Under the pieces are notes generated by a model, which saw only the letters and a program-made list of their open reading frames with translations, did not search any database and was not told the DNA's origin. The position numbers were made by a program, and so were the translations under genes. Positions 37,701 through 50,919 of a stretch of 64,000 nt of DNA are shown piece after piece (positions within the stretch are counted from its first letter, which is position 1; each line of letters begins with the position of its first letter). This stretch comes from Eutreptiella sp. 'Long Island Sound 2002' (taxonomy: Eukaryota; Protista; Euglenida), in contig OZ038378.1 of NCBI GenBank assembly GCA_964036045.1, positions 4,340,001 to 4,404,000 on the forward strand, read 5' to 3'.

Positions 37701-40519
37701 CGCCGTATACGGCACATTGCCAGGCACCCCGCACACTTGTAGCACTTGCCGGCGGTTGCCCTCCCACCGCCGCCCGTTGCCGTTCAACTGCCGTCCATGG
37801 CCCTCCCATGGCAGGCGTTCCCCCATCCTCCCGCCGGTAGTTCTGTGGCGTTGCGTTTGCACGGCCTCCGTTTGCACTGACGCAGTGCTGCGTTGACATG
37901 GCCAGGCCCCTGTGGCATGCCCAGGCCCTGTAGTGGCCTTATTGTCTGAGCCGCGGTACGTGCGAGTCTGTCGGGACTCAGGACACTATCAAACTGCTCG
38001 GACCGTCTTTGTGCTCGGGGAGAGGGGTGTGCAACACTCCCGCCCAAAGTGCTGGATTTATTATATACGGGTCTGCGACCGGCCAAATTGAGCGGTCATC
38101 GGGAGGCTGATTGCATCGGGCCTCAAACCTTTCTCAGACAGCACACTGTCAGGTCACAGCCCGAATTGAAGGAAAGTTGGTGGAATGTGGCCCAGTCGCA
38201 CGCAGTGTTCTGTGGTCTCCCGCCACACTGTAACGATTTCGCATTCGCCATTTCATCCTGGATGCTGTTCCCTACTCTGCCCCATTCTGATGGATGTGCA
38301 CTATGGCACGGCCCCAGGCCTGTGCTGTCTGACACTATTTAGCCCCTTGGAAACTCTTTTTCTTCCACTGGGCCGTGGAACTTTTTCCAATGCCGCTCGG
38401 TTACGGAGCAGACCCAGGTTTCCCCAGAAACCCAAGTTTGGCATCACTGCCTCTCTCGTCCACAGTGTGCAGTATATTTTCGCGGGGCCGCGCGCTCCCG
38501 CCCGTCAGATGGTTGTTCGAATTAAACTGTGCCCGTGTCCTGAGGGCAGGGAGGATCCAGAGAATCAGCCAAACCGAGATCAAATCTTGGAACCACTCCC
38601 GTTGCTGGTTACCCCGTCGCTAGCCAACAGGGGACTGCAGCCACTGCTCTGTCGATGGCAGTTAGTTGATTAATCGGTAGTTTTTGCTTTTGCACTGTAC
38701 CAGCCTTGTTCACTTCCCCTTCAGCTGCTTTTGCTGGATTCACTTACCCGCCAGCTGTTTGCTGGTCCCCTCCCTTGGCCCTTCTTGGGGCTCCTGACTT
38801 CAGACTGTAGGTGATGCGGTCCCACTCAGTAATATCTCAAGGGGAGGTTCAGTAGATTGCAGCCCCACGTCGTTTGGGCTTGACCAGCCCATCTTATGCT
38901 TCGGTATCCCAGTGCTCTTGCCAAAATCTTTGTACATTTGTCACAACCAGACGTGGTTGCACATGTCCAAAGGTGGCAGGGCACGAGAGGTAGCTCAAAG
39001 CCACAGCATCAGGGGTGTGTGCATGCACCGATACACCCAAGCAGAAGCCCCCCCCCCCCCCTCTACCTCTGGTTTGCATTTGTCTGTTTTTTAATTAGGT
39101 CACACCCCCCAGGAGTCTTCTCCAGCCGGCAAGCGGCGGGTTGCTCTTTTCGGCCATGCCGGTAATGCATGGTGTCTTTATCCGACACTGATTGCTGATG
39201 TCTGACTGACAGCTACTGACTGTGATTGTCTGACTAACTGTAGTCAGACATGATGTTCTGTTTTCTGTTTCAGACACAGTGTGTGTCTTGAGGTTCAACC
39301 AGGTTTGGCATAGAGAATAAAGATGCACTTATGCCTGACTGTGGAGTGCATTGCCTCTGGTTTGCATTTGTCTGTTTTTTAATTAGGTCACACACCCCCT
39401 CTCCTCACCTCACTCCCAGCGAACCAATGTTTTCACTCGGAAAAAATGTAGGGACCATTTTTGTTGCGGCAGTTTTGGTGAGCACCCTTTGGTTCACAGA
39501 CCCTTTTCCCTCACCTGCCGCCTTCCAGTACTGGCCTGCACACAAAATTTTCACGACAGGACAGCACGTGGTCTCCATCAGTTTCACCGCAGCTTGAGGA
39601 ACCAGCCCCTTTTCATCTCCACTTCTTCAAACCCAATAGATGCTGAAGGGTTAGGGGTCCCATATGGGACAGAGAGCAAGTCCAATAGGACTTTTGTGTT
39701 TGTGTTTGTGTTTTGGGCGCCCAGAGCGATAAGAAAATAGCATGAATGCAGGAGGCAGTGGTCACTTGAGCTTGAGTGCACCGATGCCAATGGTCGGACA
39801 ATCGGCCCCTGTGTGCCGGCCTCCAAGGCAGGGATTTTGTGAAGCAAATTGTTAAAAGGTGGGTAGGCGACAACCTTTGTGACCCCCCTTGCCCTTGCTC
39901 TTTCCTCCATGGTGTGTTTGTGCGTATGGGGTGGTACCATCACCTTGACTTTTTAATTTCAAGAAGAACGTGGATTTTGGGTTCTCCTATCGCTCCATTG
40001 TTGTCCATTGCAATACTATTTGTGCATTGTGGTGCAAATGCATTTCTTGCATCCAAGGCTACTCTTTTATCCTTGCATCATGCAGAGGTCACGCAGTTTT
40101 TCGTCAATTCAGCCATGAGTGTTGATCAACACTGGGGAACGTTAGTACCACATGCAAGCGGGGCATCTTTTTTGGCTGACATGGCCCCGACCAACATGAT
40201 ACTAAGCAACCAAGGGCTATGCTCCTTAATATGCATTCCCACTAGGGTGCCCTAGAGACTGAGGAGGCAAGGTTATGTAGCCCCTTTGATTCCTCTCCGC
40301 TTTGACAGCAATGGTTGTGGTGCCACATTCGATTGTTTCTACTCATCTTTTCAGTGCTATTGAGCTTCATCAGCTCATGTAATTCCTCTCCACGTTGGAG
40401 ACCCTGAGAAGGCAGGGTTGTGGAGCCAATTCAGTTTCGGTTTTTTTTTCAGGTCTGTCACCACCACCCTTATGGACCATGGGAACACATCCCCCCTCAT
40501 GTAAGCAACTCAACTGCTA

Positions 40520-40830
40520 CGCAAGATGACGGAGTGGATGGGGTTGACATTTGTACAGTATGCCCCTGGAAGCATACCACCATGCTTTGAGGTGAATGTG
40601 ATGAACATTATTGTGCTGACTGTATTGACCCACACTTTTGGGGACAAAACTGTTTATGTGACACAATGCATGTCACATGTGTTGAGGACTTGGAATTCAT
40701 AGTTTGGGTCTTTGGGTCTTTGGGGTTGATTCTGGTTTGCTTGGTGTGCTCCTCTAGGGTAGGGTAAAGCCGGGGCTAAAGTTGGGATACTTGGTACGGA
40801 AGTTGCGCTGGGTGTTCGGTGGGCAAACAC
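40520..40830 (+). mobile_element. 3' end of the DDE/B-box element family
   Basis: Single frame QDDGVDGVDICTVCPWKHTTML*GECDEHYCADCIDPHFWG, followed by the shared terminal motif. Confidence 0.65.
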
Positions 40831-40999
40831 TCCCCCAATGACATGTACGTGGCTAGTACCATTGTCAATTTCAAATAGTGTGCCCAACACCACCACCGAT
40901 TCCAATTCTAATTGGGCATCTTTGAAGTGTGTTGTTAGAGGCTTTCCAAGCGTTGTGGAAGATCATGGTGACACCGAGGTTGTGTGGTCGTGGAGTTCG

Positions 41000-43900
41000 G
41001 GGTTTGGGAAAAATTTTTGGGGAGAAGTTTTACCTCACAACAGATGTTCACGAGGCAAAGTGTTCGGCATAAGGGCACCACCCCTCACCCAACTCGTTGG
41101 CAAGCCCCCCCCCCCCCCTCCCAGTGTTCTAGCCACCTCTTGTGCCAAACCCGCACAGGGATAGGTACATATATACAATCGTAATTTTCCGGAATTTCCG
41201 TAATTGCCGTGTTGATCGTAATTTTTGTGTAAGTTTTGTCGTTGGAGTTTGTGAAAATCTTTGAACACAAAATGGAGGTGGCCCATCATTAGCCATTGGT
41301 ATGGTTGGATGGAAAAAGGCAGTAGCAGCAGTTGCACAAAAAAGGCTAGGAAAAGGACCAACACCACCCCACCTTCCATACACGTTACATGTGTTGTCGC
41401 AGTCTTTTCCCCTCATTGTTGTCTTTGTTTGTTACAATGCAATGGGCAAACAAACAGCCAAGAACAATGCCCAAGAGCGAAAAGTGGATGACAATGCCCA
41501 CTATTGCTCTCTTGCCGTGTCCAAGACGGCAGTGTAGTACCGGAGATATGTGGTGATGCAATGTGGTGCAAGTAGTGTGAAGTGCTTGTTTAACACAACT
41601 CAAATGTGAAATCTGAGAAGCACCAACAAAAGGTCACATTGCTGCCCAAACTAGATTTTGGGGTTGCCAAGGGTACACTGCTTACACCTGGATGCCGTAG
41701 TGGCCAAGCCGGCACATAGTTCAGCCGCAACGACCGATTTGACAGTGATAATTGATGCCATCAATGAGGATGTGGAGGCTTCTATCCTTGGTGCGGTATC
41801 CCCTTTGAAAATATCGACCACCCATCTCTCCAATGGTTTTTAAGGAAGTATACCACGGTGAAGTGGAGCATCTGTGACGCATCAATTTCGCCCCAAAAGA
41901 CAATCTTGCAGTCTGTGCACTCTACTCATTTGGAAGCAATCAAGCCAATGGGGCCATGGCTTTTTTTTATGGCTCTTTTGCCTTTCTTTTTTTTCCTTTT
42001 TAGTGATGTTCTCGGCATGCTTGTGTCCTTGTCGGCAATGGTTAAGATGGGCATGTTGTGCTGCCCAGGTTGATGATGGTGGGCCCTTGGGCAGCAATGG
42101 CTTTGCCTAGAAGCAGTTCTCCACATTCCCATTCGCTTAGATGGGGACGTCACCATTCACGCACATGGGGTAGCATCACCAAAGTGGTGAGGCCGGGGGC
42201 TGTGGCACCCCTTTTAGGGAATGCCATGCACGCAGTGCGCACGCAGTGCGAAGTTTTGGATGTCGGCAAATACTCGAACCCTAGTTTTGGCCGCTTTTCA
42301 CAAGTTTTTGGTTCCGTACCAGGGTTTTTTTGGCTTCCCAAGCATTTAGGATGTGGCATATTTGAACTGTCAACCATTTCCCCCTAGAAGAGGCCCATCG
42401 ACAAAGTGTACACAGTCGACACGACCCGGATCTCGACGTCGTCATTGTCGACACTGCAGCGAGCCTCGTATCCGTAGAGGCGGTTCAATTCGCCCTTCAG
42501 AGTACTCTTCCCGACAGATAGTACGTGCACCAAAACCTTGGTCGACTTGGTCGACGATGATGTTCGTTATAACTACAACCAGAAGCATCGATGGACACCT
42601 GGCCAACCATATGGTGTTAATTGACACCTTTCAGTATTCCCCCTAGTAAACAGGTGACAGGTATTCTTGGGTGAGTATCCTAGCCTCTGCGTGCGCAATA
42701 TGCACGCAGTGCGCACACAGTGCAAACACTTAGCCTTAGTTGCATAAACCCGGGAGAGTGCAGGGTAATTTTCAACGTCATTTGGTTTAATTTTCTGTAA
42801 TATTTCCTGCAATTTTGTTTTGTAATTTCTGTGATTACAAAAATTGTATCCTGTACTTGTCCCTGGTAGCAGCCAGGCCCGCATTGGCAGCAAGCCCATT
42901 CCAGTAGACCCGTATGAGCATTCACAGCACCTCAAGGTCAAATGTTCTTGCCAGAGAAAGTGGCGCACAGAGCCTATTTCACAATAGACTTGAGCATGCA
43001 CGATTACAAAGGGAGCGGAGTTGGCTTGTTCGGCAAGATGGGATGGTTTGGAGGTGTTTCTTGGTTTTTTGGAGGTGTGTGCAGGTTTGGTGTGTGTTCC
43101 TCTTTTGGCCCCTAAACAGTACTATAGTAGCAGTAGGGCTAGGTGCAGCATGGGGCATTACTCTTTAGCTTCCAAAGTTGTTGATGGGAGTTTGAGTTGC
43201 CACTGACTTTCAAGTGACATTTCTTTTCATGATATGCTTGGTGGTATGGTGCCTATTGGTAGTCAAGGTTGCGGGGACACCCAAGAATATTGCAAAGCAA
43301 GTGTGAGTGGTACCCCCCCCCCCCCACTTGTAATGTAATGTAATGTAATGTAATGTAACGCTACAGTGCAGCAAGCATGACATTGAACAATGTGGTTATG
43401 ACCATGCGCCTGTGACACGGGGGCGTATGCGAACCCAGTTTCCGTTGCCTCATGGCCCACTTGTAATAGCCACGTCCTTGTCCGAGCTACAATAGGCGTA
43501 GGGACCGTATTAATTTGGTACCTAATTTTAATTCGGTACCAAATGTAGTGCAGCCACATAGTGCTGCCCGAGGCGTGTGGGGAATGGCCCATGTCTTTGA
43601 TGGGAAGTTGTACTTTACAAGAGACCACATGCAAGGCAATTTCATTTCCAAGAATTTGAAGTTGCCCGAGCCCAAACCAGCCCCTAAACCTCGGGCAAAG
43701 GCATCTTCAAAGGCATCTTCAAGTGGTGAGCATGTGTAGTTGTTCTGCATGGTGTATGATCGCAAGAAGGGTTTCCAAGCCGAACATTTGTAGGCTTCCC
43801 ATGCCTCATTGTTGTAGGCTCATGGGTGTGAACCTGAAGTTTCATGCTTCATGTTTCACTTTCTTGTATTCACATGCCTTTGAGAACGTGGGCGGAGGTA

Positions 43901-45800
43901 AAGGTGCAGTCATACCATGTACTCAGGGGTGTGTTGGTAGTTGTATGTGTTGCGCGCCAGCCACGCCCTCGTCTAAGCTACAGTAGGCGTAGGGACCGCA
44001 TTGATTTGGTACTTTTGCGTAGCTATCACATCGGGGGGGGGGGGGGGGGTACTTGGGTACGCTTGGTAACATTGAATGGGACAAAGCAGGGCTCTTTTGG
44101 AAGCCCAAGACAGAGAATCACAATTTAGGCTGGCGTAAGGGTAGTGTGTCTGCTTCAACCACTTGCTGGGTATTGGATAAGGTTCATAGTGAGAGGTCTT
44201 TTTCGGTGACAGACGAGAACCTTTCACATCACCAAGTACATGATTGTAGAGACGACCATAGTTGGTCGTTGTAAGGTCCCCTTTCTTGTTGAGCAGAGAC
44301 ATGTGTGTCTGGGTCCATCGATTGGAGCATCCGGCTATTGCTTTAGACCTCAGAGAGGTGACTGCACACATGCAAGGAGCCACGAGAGTAGATGTGGTGG
44401 AACTGTGTGGGCACCCACCGCTTTGGAGTGTAGGACAAGTGAGGAGGATTTCATCGTATGCTGGGGTTGAGCCATTGATCTGTACTTGCTGTGCGAACAT
44501 ATCCCACACCATCCGCCTTGTGGTGTGAGGGTCTCATCAAGGGTCTCCAGCGAAATTTGGCAGGTAGTTGAGAGCGGGGTGGCTGAGAAGGGCAATACAT
44601 GATTCTGGGGGGGCTGAGTGAGCCAAGTAGGGAGTTTCGTCAAAGGGGGCGCATTTAGCGCAGTGCGCGCGCAGTGCAAGCACAGTGCAACTATTTGGGC
44701 GTGTGGCCGTACTAGAGACCCATACTTTGTGATACTAGGGGGGCATCATTGTTGTTTGAGAGTGGGTTTTGATGCTTCTTACACATTGGGGATATGACAT
44801 TTTGGGATTTTCACCTAGTTTCACCCATTTCTACTTTTTTCGACACCTTTTTGCTCATTTCCACCACATCCACTCGTTTCTAGCTTGATTTCTCCCCACC
44901 ATGGGACCTCGAGAAGGCAGAGGTGATGTATCCATGTTGCTTTCTCCCCATCATGGGGAACCCGAGCCGGCACGGTTGATGTCGGACCTCAGGATCATGA
45001 TCAAGGCCGAGGGACAATCCAACATCCTCTCCAAGTGCTGTATCACGTCCAAGTACTATAATCGAAGGTGACCTCATGGGCTTGATCAACGCCAAGGATC
45101 CTTCGTGCTAGCCAAGATGTACCAGGCCGTCATCCCGAGACGGTCAGTAGCAGGGCTATGCTGGACGGCCATACCTAGCACCCCCGGGTCCATCGTCCCA
45201 CCCCCATTCGTGGAAGATGGACCACCTCCCGCCCCCACTGAAGGAGGTCTCCTAGGGTCTACACCGGACCTGCTCTTGAGGCAGGGGGGATGCAAGGGCG
45301 TTTGGAAGGGGTGTGCTTGGGGGCTCTTCAGGGGGAACCTAGTCTAAAAAGTAGCGCGCAGTACCAGCAATGGTGAGGCTTTTGCATATTGTTTTATTCC
45401 GCACCCAGTGCATGTCTTCCCCCCCCATTGGTGCAACTTGTTGTAATTGTGGGGTCCTCGCGTGTGGCTTCTTTGAGCAGGAACACCTTGGCATCTGTCT
45501 AGGGGGGTGGTTTTTGATGTGACATGTGGTGTCCCATTTGAGTTGTTTCCAGAATGTCTACTGGGAGATTGCAGTACAAAATTGCAGTACCAAACATCAC
45601 ATGTGCTTGGGAGGCGTTGGAGGTCTCTTTGGTCCAGGGGAGAATGGTGGATGCTCAGAATCTTTGGGGATTTGGCCCCCAATTCGGCAAAAGGTTTGTG
45701 CAGCACATTACTGCCACAGCATGGCCACCCACTGCGTGATGGTGCATACCCTCTCGTCAAGAGAATTTAGTTGACTCTAGGTGGTCTGTGAAAGCACGAT
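41000..45800 (-). mobile_element. Decayed, interrupted LINE-like element
   Basis: - strand THMSLLNKKGDLTTTNYGRL (about 44250-44310) resembles the LINE ORF2 (L/I)xKKGDxxxxxNYRPI motif. A similar relic lies near 62570-62670. Boundaries are uncertain. Confidence 0.4.
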
Positions 45801-45934
45801 CACATCTAGCCTCTTTCTTTCTCTGGCATGGGTGATCCCATCTCGTGCTATTGGGGGAGAGTGCCCGCTCCCCACAGCGCTGCACTGTTGCCCACAGGGG
45901 TTCCCCCTGGAGGGGGGAAGCAACCGGGCTGACA

Positions 45935-46005
<71 letters not shown>
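45935..46005. repeat. (ACAG)n microsatellite
   Basis: Direct observation. Confidence 0.95.
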
Positions 46006-46207
46006 GATTGGCATTTCTCAGAACCAGGACTGTCCTTTACAAATGAGACCCTTGCCTTTTTCCTGGTGAGGATTTAGGTGCCAGGATGGCGGTTAGGCAA
46101 CCGCAGGCAGTGAACCAACAGATTTACTGCTCGCTCGGTGCTCTGCTGAGGTCCAGCCAGACCAGCTTGTTGTTTCTTTTGTCATCAGAACAGCTGTGTT
46201 CGGCACC

Positions 46208-46748
46208 ATGGCTTCTGTCCGGATCATCAATCAGGAGGAGGTGGCCAAGCACAATACCGTTTCGGATTTCTGGATCATCCTCGATGGCTACGTCTACGAT
46301 TTGACCACCTTTCTGGACTTGCACCCGGGAGGCAAGGTGGTGCTGCTCCCTTACGCGGGTAAAGATGCCACAGAGGCGTTCTACGGACTTCATCGCGTGG
46401 AACACATATTCCCCTATGCCAAGAAGTTCATGGTGGGCCGCTTGCCCACCAGCCCACCTGAAAGCCCTCACGTTCCCAAGGCTGGCATCATCAGCAAAGT
46501 CCCTTATGCAGAGCCCAGTGCTTGGCAGAACTTTCTGTCCCCCTATTTCACACCAAAGCACCTGCAATTCAAGAGCGTGTTCCGCGCTTTCGTTGATACG
46601 GAGCTGAAGCCAGTGTCCAACAGCTACGAGCTCAGCGGGAAGGACCCCTCACCTGAATTGTTCAAGAAAATGGGTGCATTTGGATTCTTGGCCTGTAGGA
46701 TGGGCCAGGTGCTGGGGCCCTACCTGAAGGAGTTCAATCTGCCAGCTG
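46208..46748 (+). CDS. Cytochrome b5-domain / acyl-CoA dehydrogenase fusion, exon 1
   Basis: MASVRIINQEEVAKHN...WIILDGYVYDLTTFLDLHPGG (b5 HPGG heme motif), then the ACAD N-terminus (VPYAEP...LFKKMG). Phase-1 donor G|GTgctg precedes a (GTT)n tract. Confidence 0.92.
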
Positions 46749-46782
46749 GTGCTGTTGCTTCACCTGATCCAACCTCATCTGT

Positions 46783-46784
46783 GT

Positions 46785-46828
<44 letters not shown>

Positions 46829-46905
46829 GACGGAGTCAGATGGGACACAGTATGTGTGTGTGTGTGTGTGTGTGCGTGCGTGCGTGTGTGTGTGTGTGTG
46901 TGTGT
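46783..46905. repeat. (GTT)n and (TG)n microsatellites at the start of intron 1
   Basis: Direct observation. These explain the poly-Val/Cys extension of the 295-aa ORF. Confidence 0.95.
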
Positions 46906-47749
46906 TGGACAATGTCACTGCTTTTGTTCTCATTGTGTCTGTCGAGAATCTGTGCAAGATGGCCTCCCTGATTGCTGCTCGCTGTCTTGGCTGCCGCCCG
47001 TTTGTTATGTATATCGTGTGTGTGTGTGTTTGTGTGTGTGTGTATCTTCCCGGTATCGAGGTATGAGTAAGTATAACAGATAACAAGGTGATTTTGAGCC
47101 ATTAGTTTCTGTCAAGGATCCAGCCCTTCCAGCGGGAACAGTAGTAGTACAGCAGGAGCCCAAACACCATCACCAAGAGCGGTGTGAACTGCTGAGATCA
47201 CACGTGCGTGTTGCATGGTGCATGCAAGGCTTGGTCCTCAGAAGCCGCCAAGTTCGGTTTGCTCACATGTTTGCTTGTCATAATCGAGACCCAAAACAAA
47301 TGAGGCTGAGCTGCTAATGTGGCAGTGCATTGCCTCATTCGTTTCTCAGGACCCTGGGAGTTCGGGGCTGCAGCTCTGCACCTGCTTCCTATGGAAAGGT
47401 GCCTAGTTCTGATGGTCATGACTTTTCTTTGACTGTCAGCAGCTTGACAAGAATCTACTGACAACCAGTGCTTGTGTTGCTTCTGCTTTGCCGGGATTTA
47501 GTCGCCTATAGCTCAGCGTGTGTGAACTGCCGTTGAGAACCCGAGTTTGTCGCTCGGCATTTGTGGCTTTTCATTAGCCACTACCTATACTATCAACTAC
47601 CTATGCTATTGTGACAACACTATGGCCGCCAGCTCATTGCCCCAATCGTCGGGAGCGGCACCAATTGGACGTGTGGTTGAGACAGAAAAAGAGAAACCTG
47701 TTATTTGCGTTCACTGCCATAAAGCGGGACACACTGCAGCTACGTGTGT

Positions 47750-48070
47750 ATGTTGTAATTTGTGTAATTATTTTTTTGCGGTAGATGCGTGTAACAAAAA
47801 AATCGTCCAGTCGTGTAATTTTTTTTGCGGTAAGTTGTGTAAGCCCGTCACACACATTACCGCAAAAAATTTTTAACGACTAGACGATTTTTTTGTACAC
47901 ATGTTTACCACAAAAAAAAATTACACGATAGGACGATTTTTTTGTACACGCGTTTACCGCAAAAAAAATTACACAACTTACCGCAAAAAAAAATTACACG
48001 ATGTGACGATTTTTTCCTACACACGTTTACCGCAAAAATAGAACAATTACACGACCTTACCGCAAAGAAA
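47750..48070. repeat. Array of TTACCGCAAAAAAAATTACACG motifs in inverted then direct orientation
   Basis: tgtaattttttttgcggtaag at about 47815 faces ttaccgcaaaaaaaattacac copies at 47860-48065. A further copy lies at about 52700. Confidence 0.75.
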
Positions 48071-49299
48071 CAATTACCAATTTTACTGAAAATGCATGTC
48101 TGTAGGCGATGTGCCCACCTGTGGCCACGTAGTGGCGGCTAGGCCTATGCAGCCCGTGCCATGGGCCCTCCGAAAGCCCCAAAATTGTTGTTGTGTAGGC
48201 TATTTTGTGGCACCTGAAAAAATTTTCACATTTCGACTTTTTCCGAAACCCTTCTGTTGCCCCTAGGTTGGGTTTGGGTGATCATTTGGTGACAATACGG
48301 GTACTTGAGCGCCCATGGGGACCCACGTAGTGGCCGCTGGGCCCATCTAGCCCGAGCCATGGGCCCCCCAAAAGCTTCAAAAATGCTGTTTGTAGGTGGT
48401 TCAATGGCATTTGGTGTGTGTGCGAACTGCTTTTCCGGCCTCTACAGGTCAAAAATGGAAAATTTGCAATTTTTTTTTAATATTGTGACCACTCACAATG
48501 ATCAAATGTTTTATGTAAAGCATGTTTTAGCCCGTCTTTGTGTGTTTTTCACCCTATTTGGGTGTTGGGGGGGGGTCCCAAGGGGGCCGGGGCACAACCT
48601 GCTTAAGCAGTCTTCCAGCCTCGGCAACTCAAAAATGGAAATTTCCAAAACTGATTTTTTTTTATATTCATACCATCCACAATGATCAAATATCTTAAGC
48701 ACGTTTTAGCCCCTCTTTATGTGTTTTTCACCCTATTTGGGTGTTTTTTTGGGGGGGGGGCTCCCAAAGGGGTTGGGGCACAACCTGCTTATGCATTTTT
48801 CCAGCCTCAGCAACTCAATAATGGAAATTTCCGAAACCGATTTTTTTTTTGATATTATGACCATCCACAATGATCAAATATCCGATGCAAAGCATGTTTT
48901 AGCCCCTCTTTATGTGTTTTTCACCCTATTTGGGTGTTTGGGGGGGGGGGGGGGGGGCTCCCAAGGGGGCCGGGGCACAACCTGCTTATGCCATTTTCCA
49001 GCCTCGGCAGCTCAAAAATTGAAATCACCTCGAAGAGAGGTTGTTAGATCAAGCGCAGGTGCGGGCGTCATATACCCCCCTTTTTTGGGGTCATTCGCGT
49101 AGCATACCCCAAGGCATGATATTTGATGTCCAACCCCTTGTAAAATCATTATTTTGCCCAATAAGACCATCCCCCAATGGATTTTTGGATTCTGAGGCCT
49201 CTATCCCCTAAAACTGGATAACACTTTTTTGGGGGCTGGGGGGGGGGGTCAAAACTTTTTGCTCAGCAAGGTTCAAGCAGTGGGAAGGCGATGCGCTCA

Positions 49300-49375
49300 C
49301 GCAATCCCCGCCGGTCCAATGGTCACGCACTCGGCCGCAGTATTTTAGGTCGGCGGTTCGAATCCTGGTCGGCAG
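49300..49375 (+). pseudogene. Degenerate tRNA-like cassette (GCA loop)
   Basis: CGGTCCAATGG A-box and GGTTCGAATCC B-box; weak stems. Confidence 0.6.
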
Positions 49376-49404
49376 GCGCCGGCGGCGCCACTGCAAACAT
49401 TGAC

Positions 49405-49478
49405 CGTTCCTGGGTTCGAACCACCGACCGAAATGCCTGCAGTCGACTGCTTTACCATTCGGCCACTGCCGGGTGATA
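49405..49478 (-). pseudogene. Degenerate tRNA-Cys-like cassette, convergent with the 49300 cassette
   Basis: - strand TGGCCGAATGGTAAAGCAGTCGACTGCAGG...GGTTCGAACCC. Confidence 0.6.
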
Positions 49479-50919
49479 CCCAAGGTGCTCCCGACTGCTT
49501 CATCCTGTGTCTGCTACTGACAAAAAACCCAAACTGTGTGTTTCTGTCTGACTGACTGCTGGCCTGTCTAACTGACTGATGGCTGACTGTCAACCTCTCT
49601 TCGAGGTGCACTGCCGAAGGCAATAGAATTTCCAAATACCGATTTTTTTTGATATTCTTATCATCCACAATGATCAAATGTTTTATGTAAATCATGTTTT
49701 AGCCCCTCTTTATGTGTTTTTCACCCTATTTGGGTGTTTTTTTTTGGGGGGGGGGGGGGCTCCCAAGGGGGCCGGGGCACAACCTGCTTAAGCAGTCTTC
49801 CAGCCTCGGCAACTCAAAAATGGAAATTTCCAAAACTGATTTTTTTGATATTCTTATCATCCACAATGATCAAATGTTTTATGTAAATCATGTTTTAGCC
49901 CCTCTTTATGTGTTTTCACCCTATTTGGGTGTTTGGGGGGGGGGGGTCCCAAGGGGGTTGGGGCACAACCTGCTAATGCAGTTTTCTAGCCTCGGCAGCT
50001 CAAAAATGGAAATTTCTGAAACTGATTTTTTTATGATACTTTGACAATCAAAATGATCAAATATCCGATGTAAAGCATGTTTTAGCCCCTCTTTATGTGT
50101 TTTTCACCCTATTTGGGTGTCGGGGGGGGGGGGGGGCTCCCAAGGGGGCCGGGGCACAACCTGCTTATGCAGTTTTCCAGCCTCGGCAAATCAAAAATGG
50201 AAATTTCCAAAACTGATTTTTTTGATATTCTTATCATCCACAATGATCAAATGTTTTATGTAAATCATGTTTTAGCCCCTCTTTATGTGTTTTTCACCCT
50301 ATTTGGGTGTTTTTTTGGGGGGGGGGGGGGGGGGCCTCCCAAGGGGGCCGGGGCACAACCTGCTTAAGCAGTCTTCCAGCCTCGGCAACTCAAAAATGGA
50401 AATTTCCAAAACTGATTTTTTTGATATTCTTATCATCCACAATGATCAAATGTTTTATGTAAATCATGTTTTAGCCCCTCTTTATGTGTTTTCACCCTAT
50501 TTGGGTGTTTGGGGGGGGGGGGGTCCCAAGGGGGTTGGGGCACAACCTGCTAATGCAGTTTTCTAGCCTCGGCAGCTCAAAAATGGAAATTTCTGAAACT
50601 GATTTTTTTTTGATACTTTGACAATCAAAATGATCAAATATCCGATGTAAAGCATGTTTTAGCCCCTCTTTATGCGTTTTTCACCCTATTTGGGTGTCGG
50701 GGGGGGGGGGGGGGGCTCTCCAAGGGGCTGGGGCACAACCTGCTTGTAGTTTTATAGCCTCGGTAGCTCAAAAATGGTCATCCCTCTCCCCTCTTCGAGG
50801 CACCTTGCCAAAGGAAATATAATTTTACTGAAAATGCATGTCTGTAGGCGATGTGCCCACCTGTGGGCCACTTCTGTTTTTTCCCCGCGCTTGGCGTTGG
50901 GGACCCCCGAGAATGCAGT

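Larger units (their letters stand above)
49025..49628 (+). mobile_element. Helentron/Helitron2-like non-autonomous element (asymmetric 18-bp inverted repeats plus 3' hairpin)
   Basis: CACCTCGAAGAGAGGTTG at 49026-49043 and its exact inverse at 49591-49608, then a TGCC-GAA-GGCA hairpin. Internal CTGA-type microsatellite. Inserted in gaaa/tttcc of one array unit with no clear TSD. Confidence 0.65.
48330..50770. repeat. Tandem array of about 190-bp units (about 9 copies) with trimeric higher-order structure, interrupted by a 600-bp insertion
   Basis: ggggcacaacctgc recurs at about 48589, 48776, 48973, 49775, 49961, 50152, 50349, 50537 and 50730. Confidence 0.92.
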
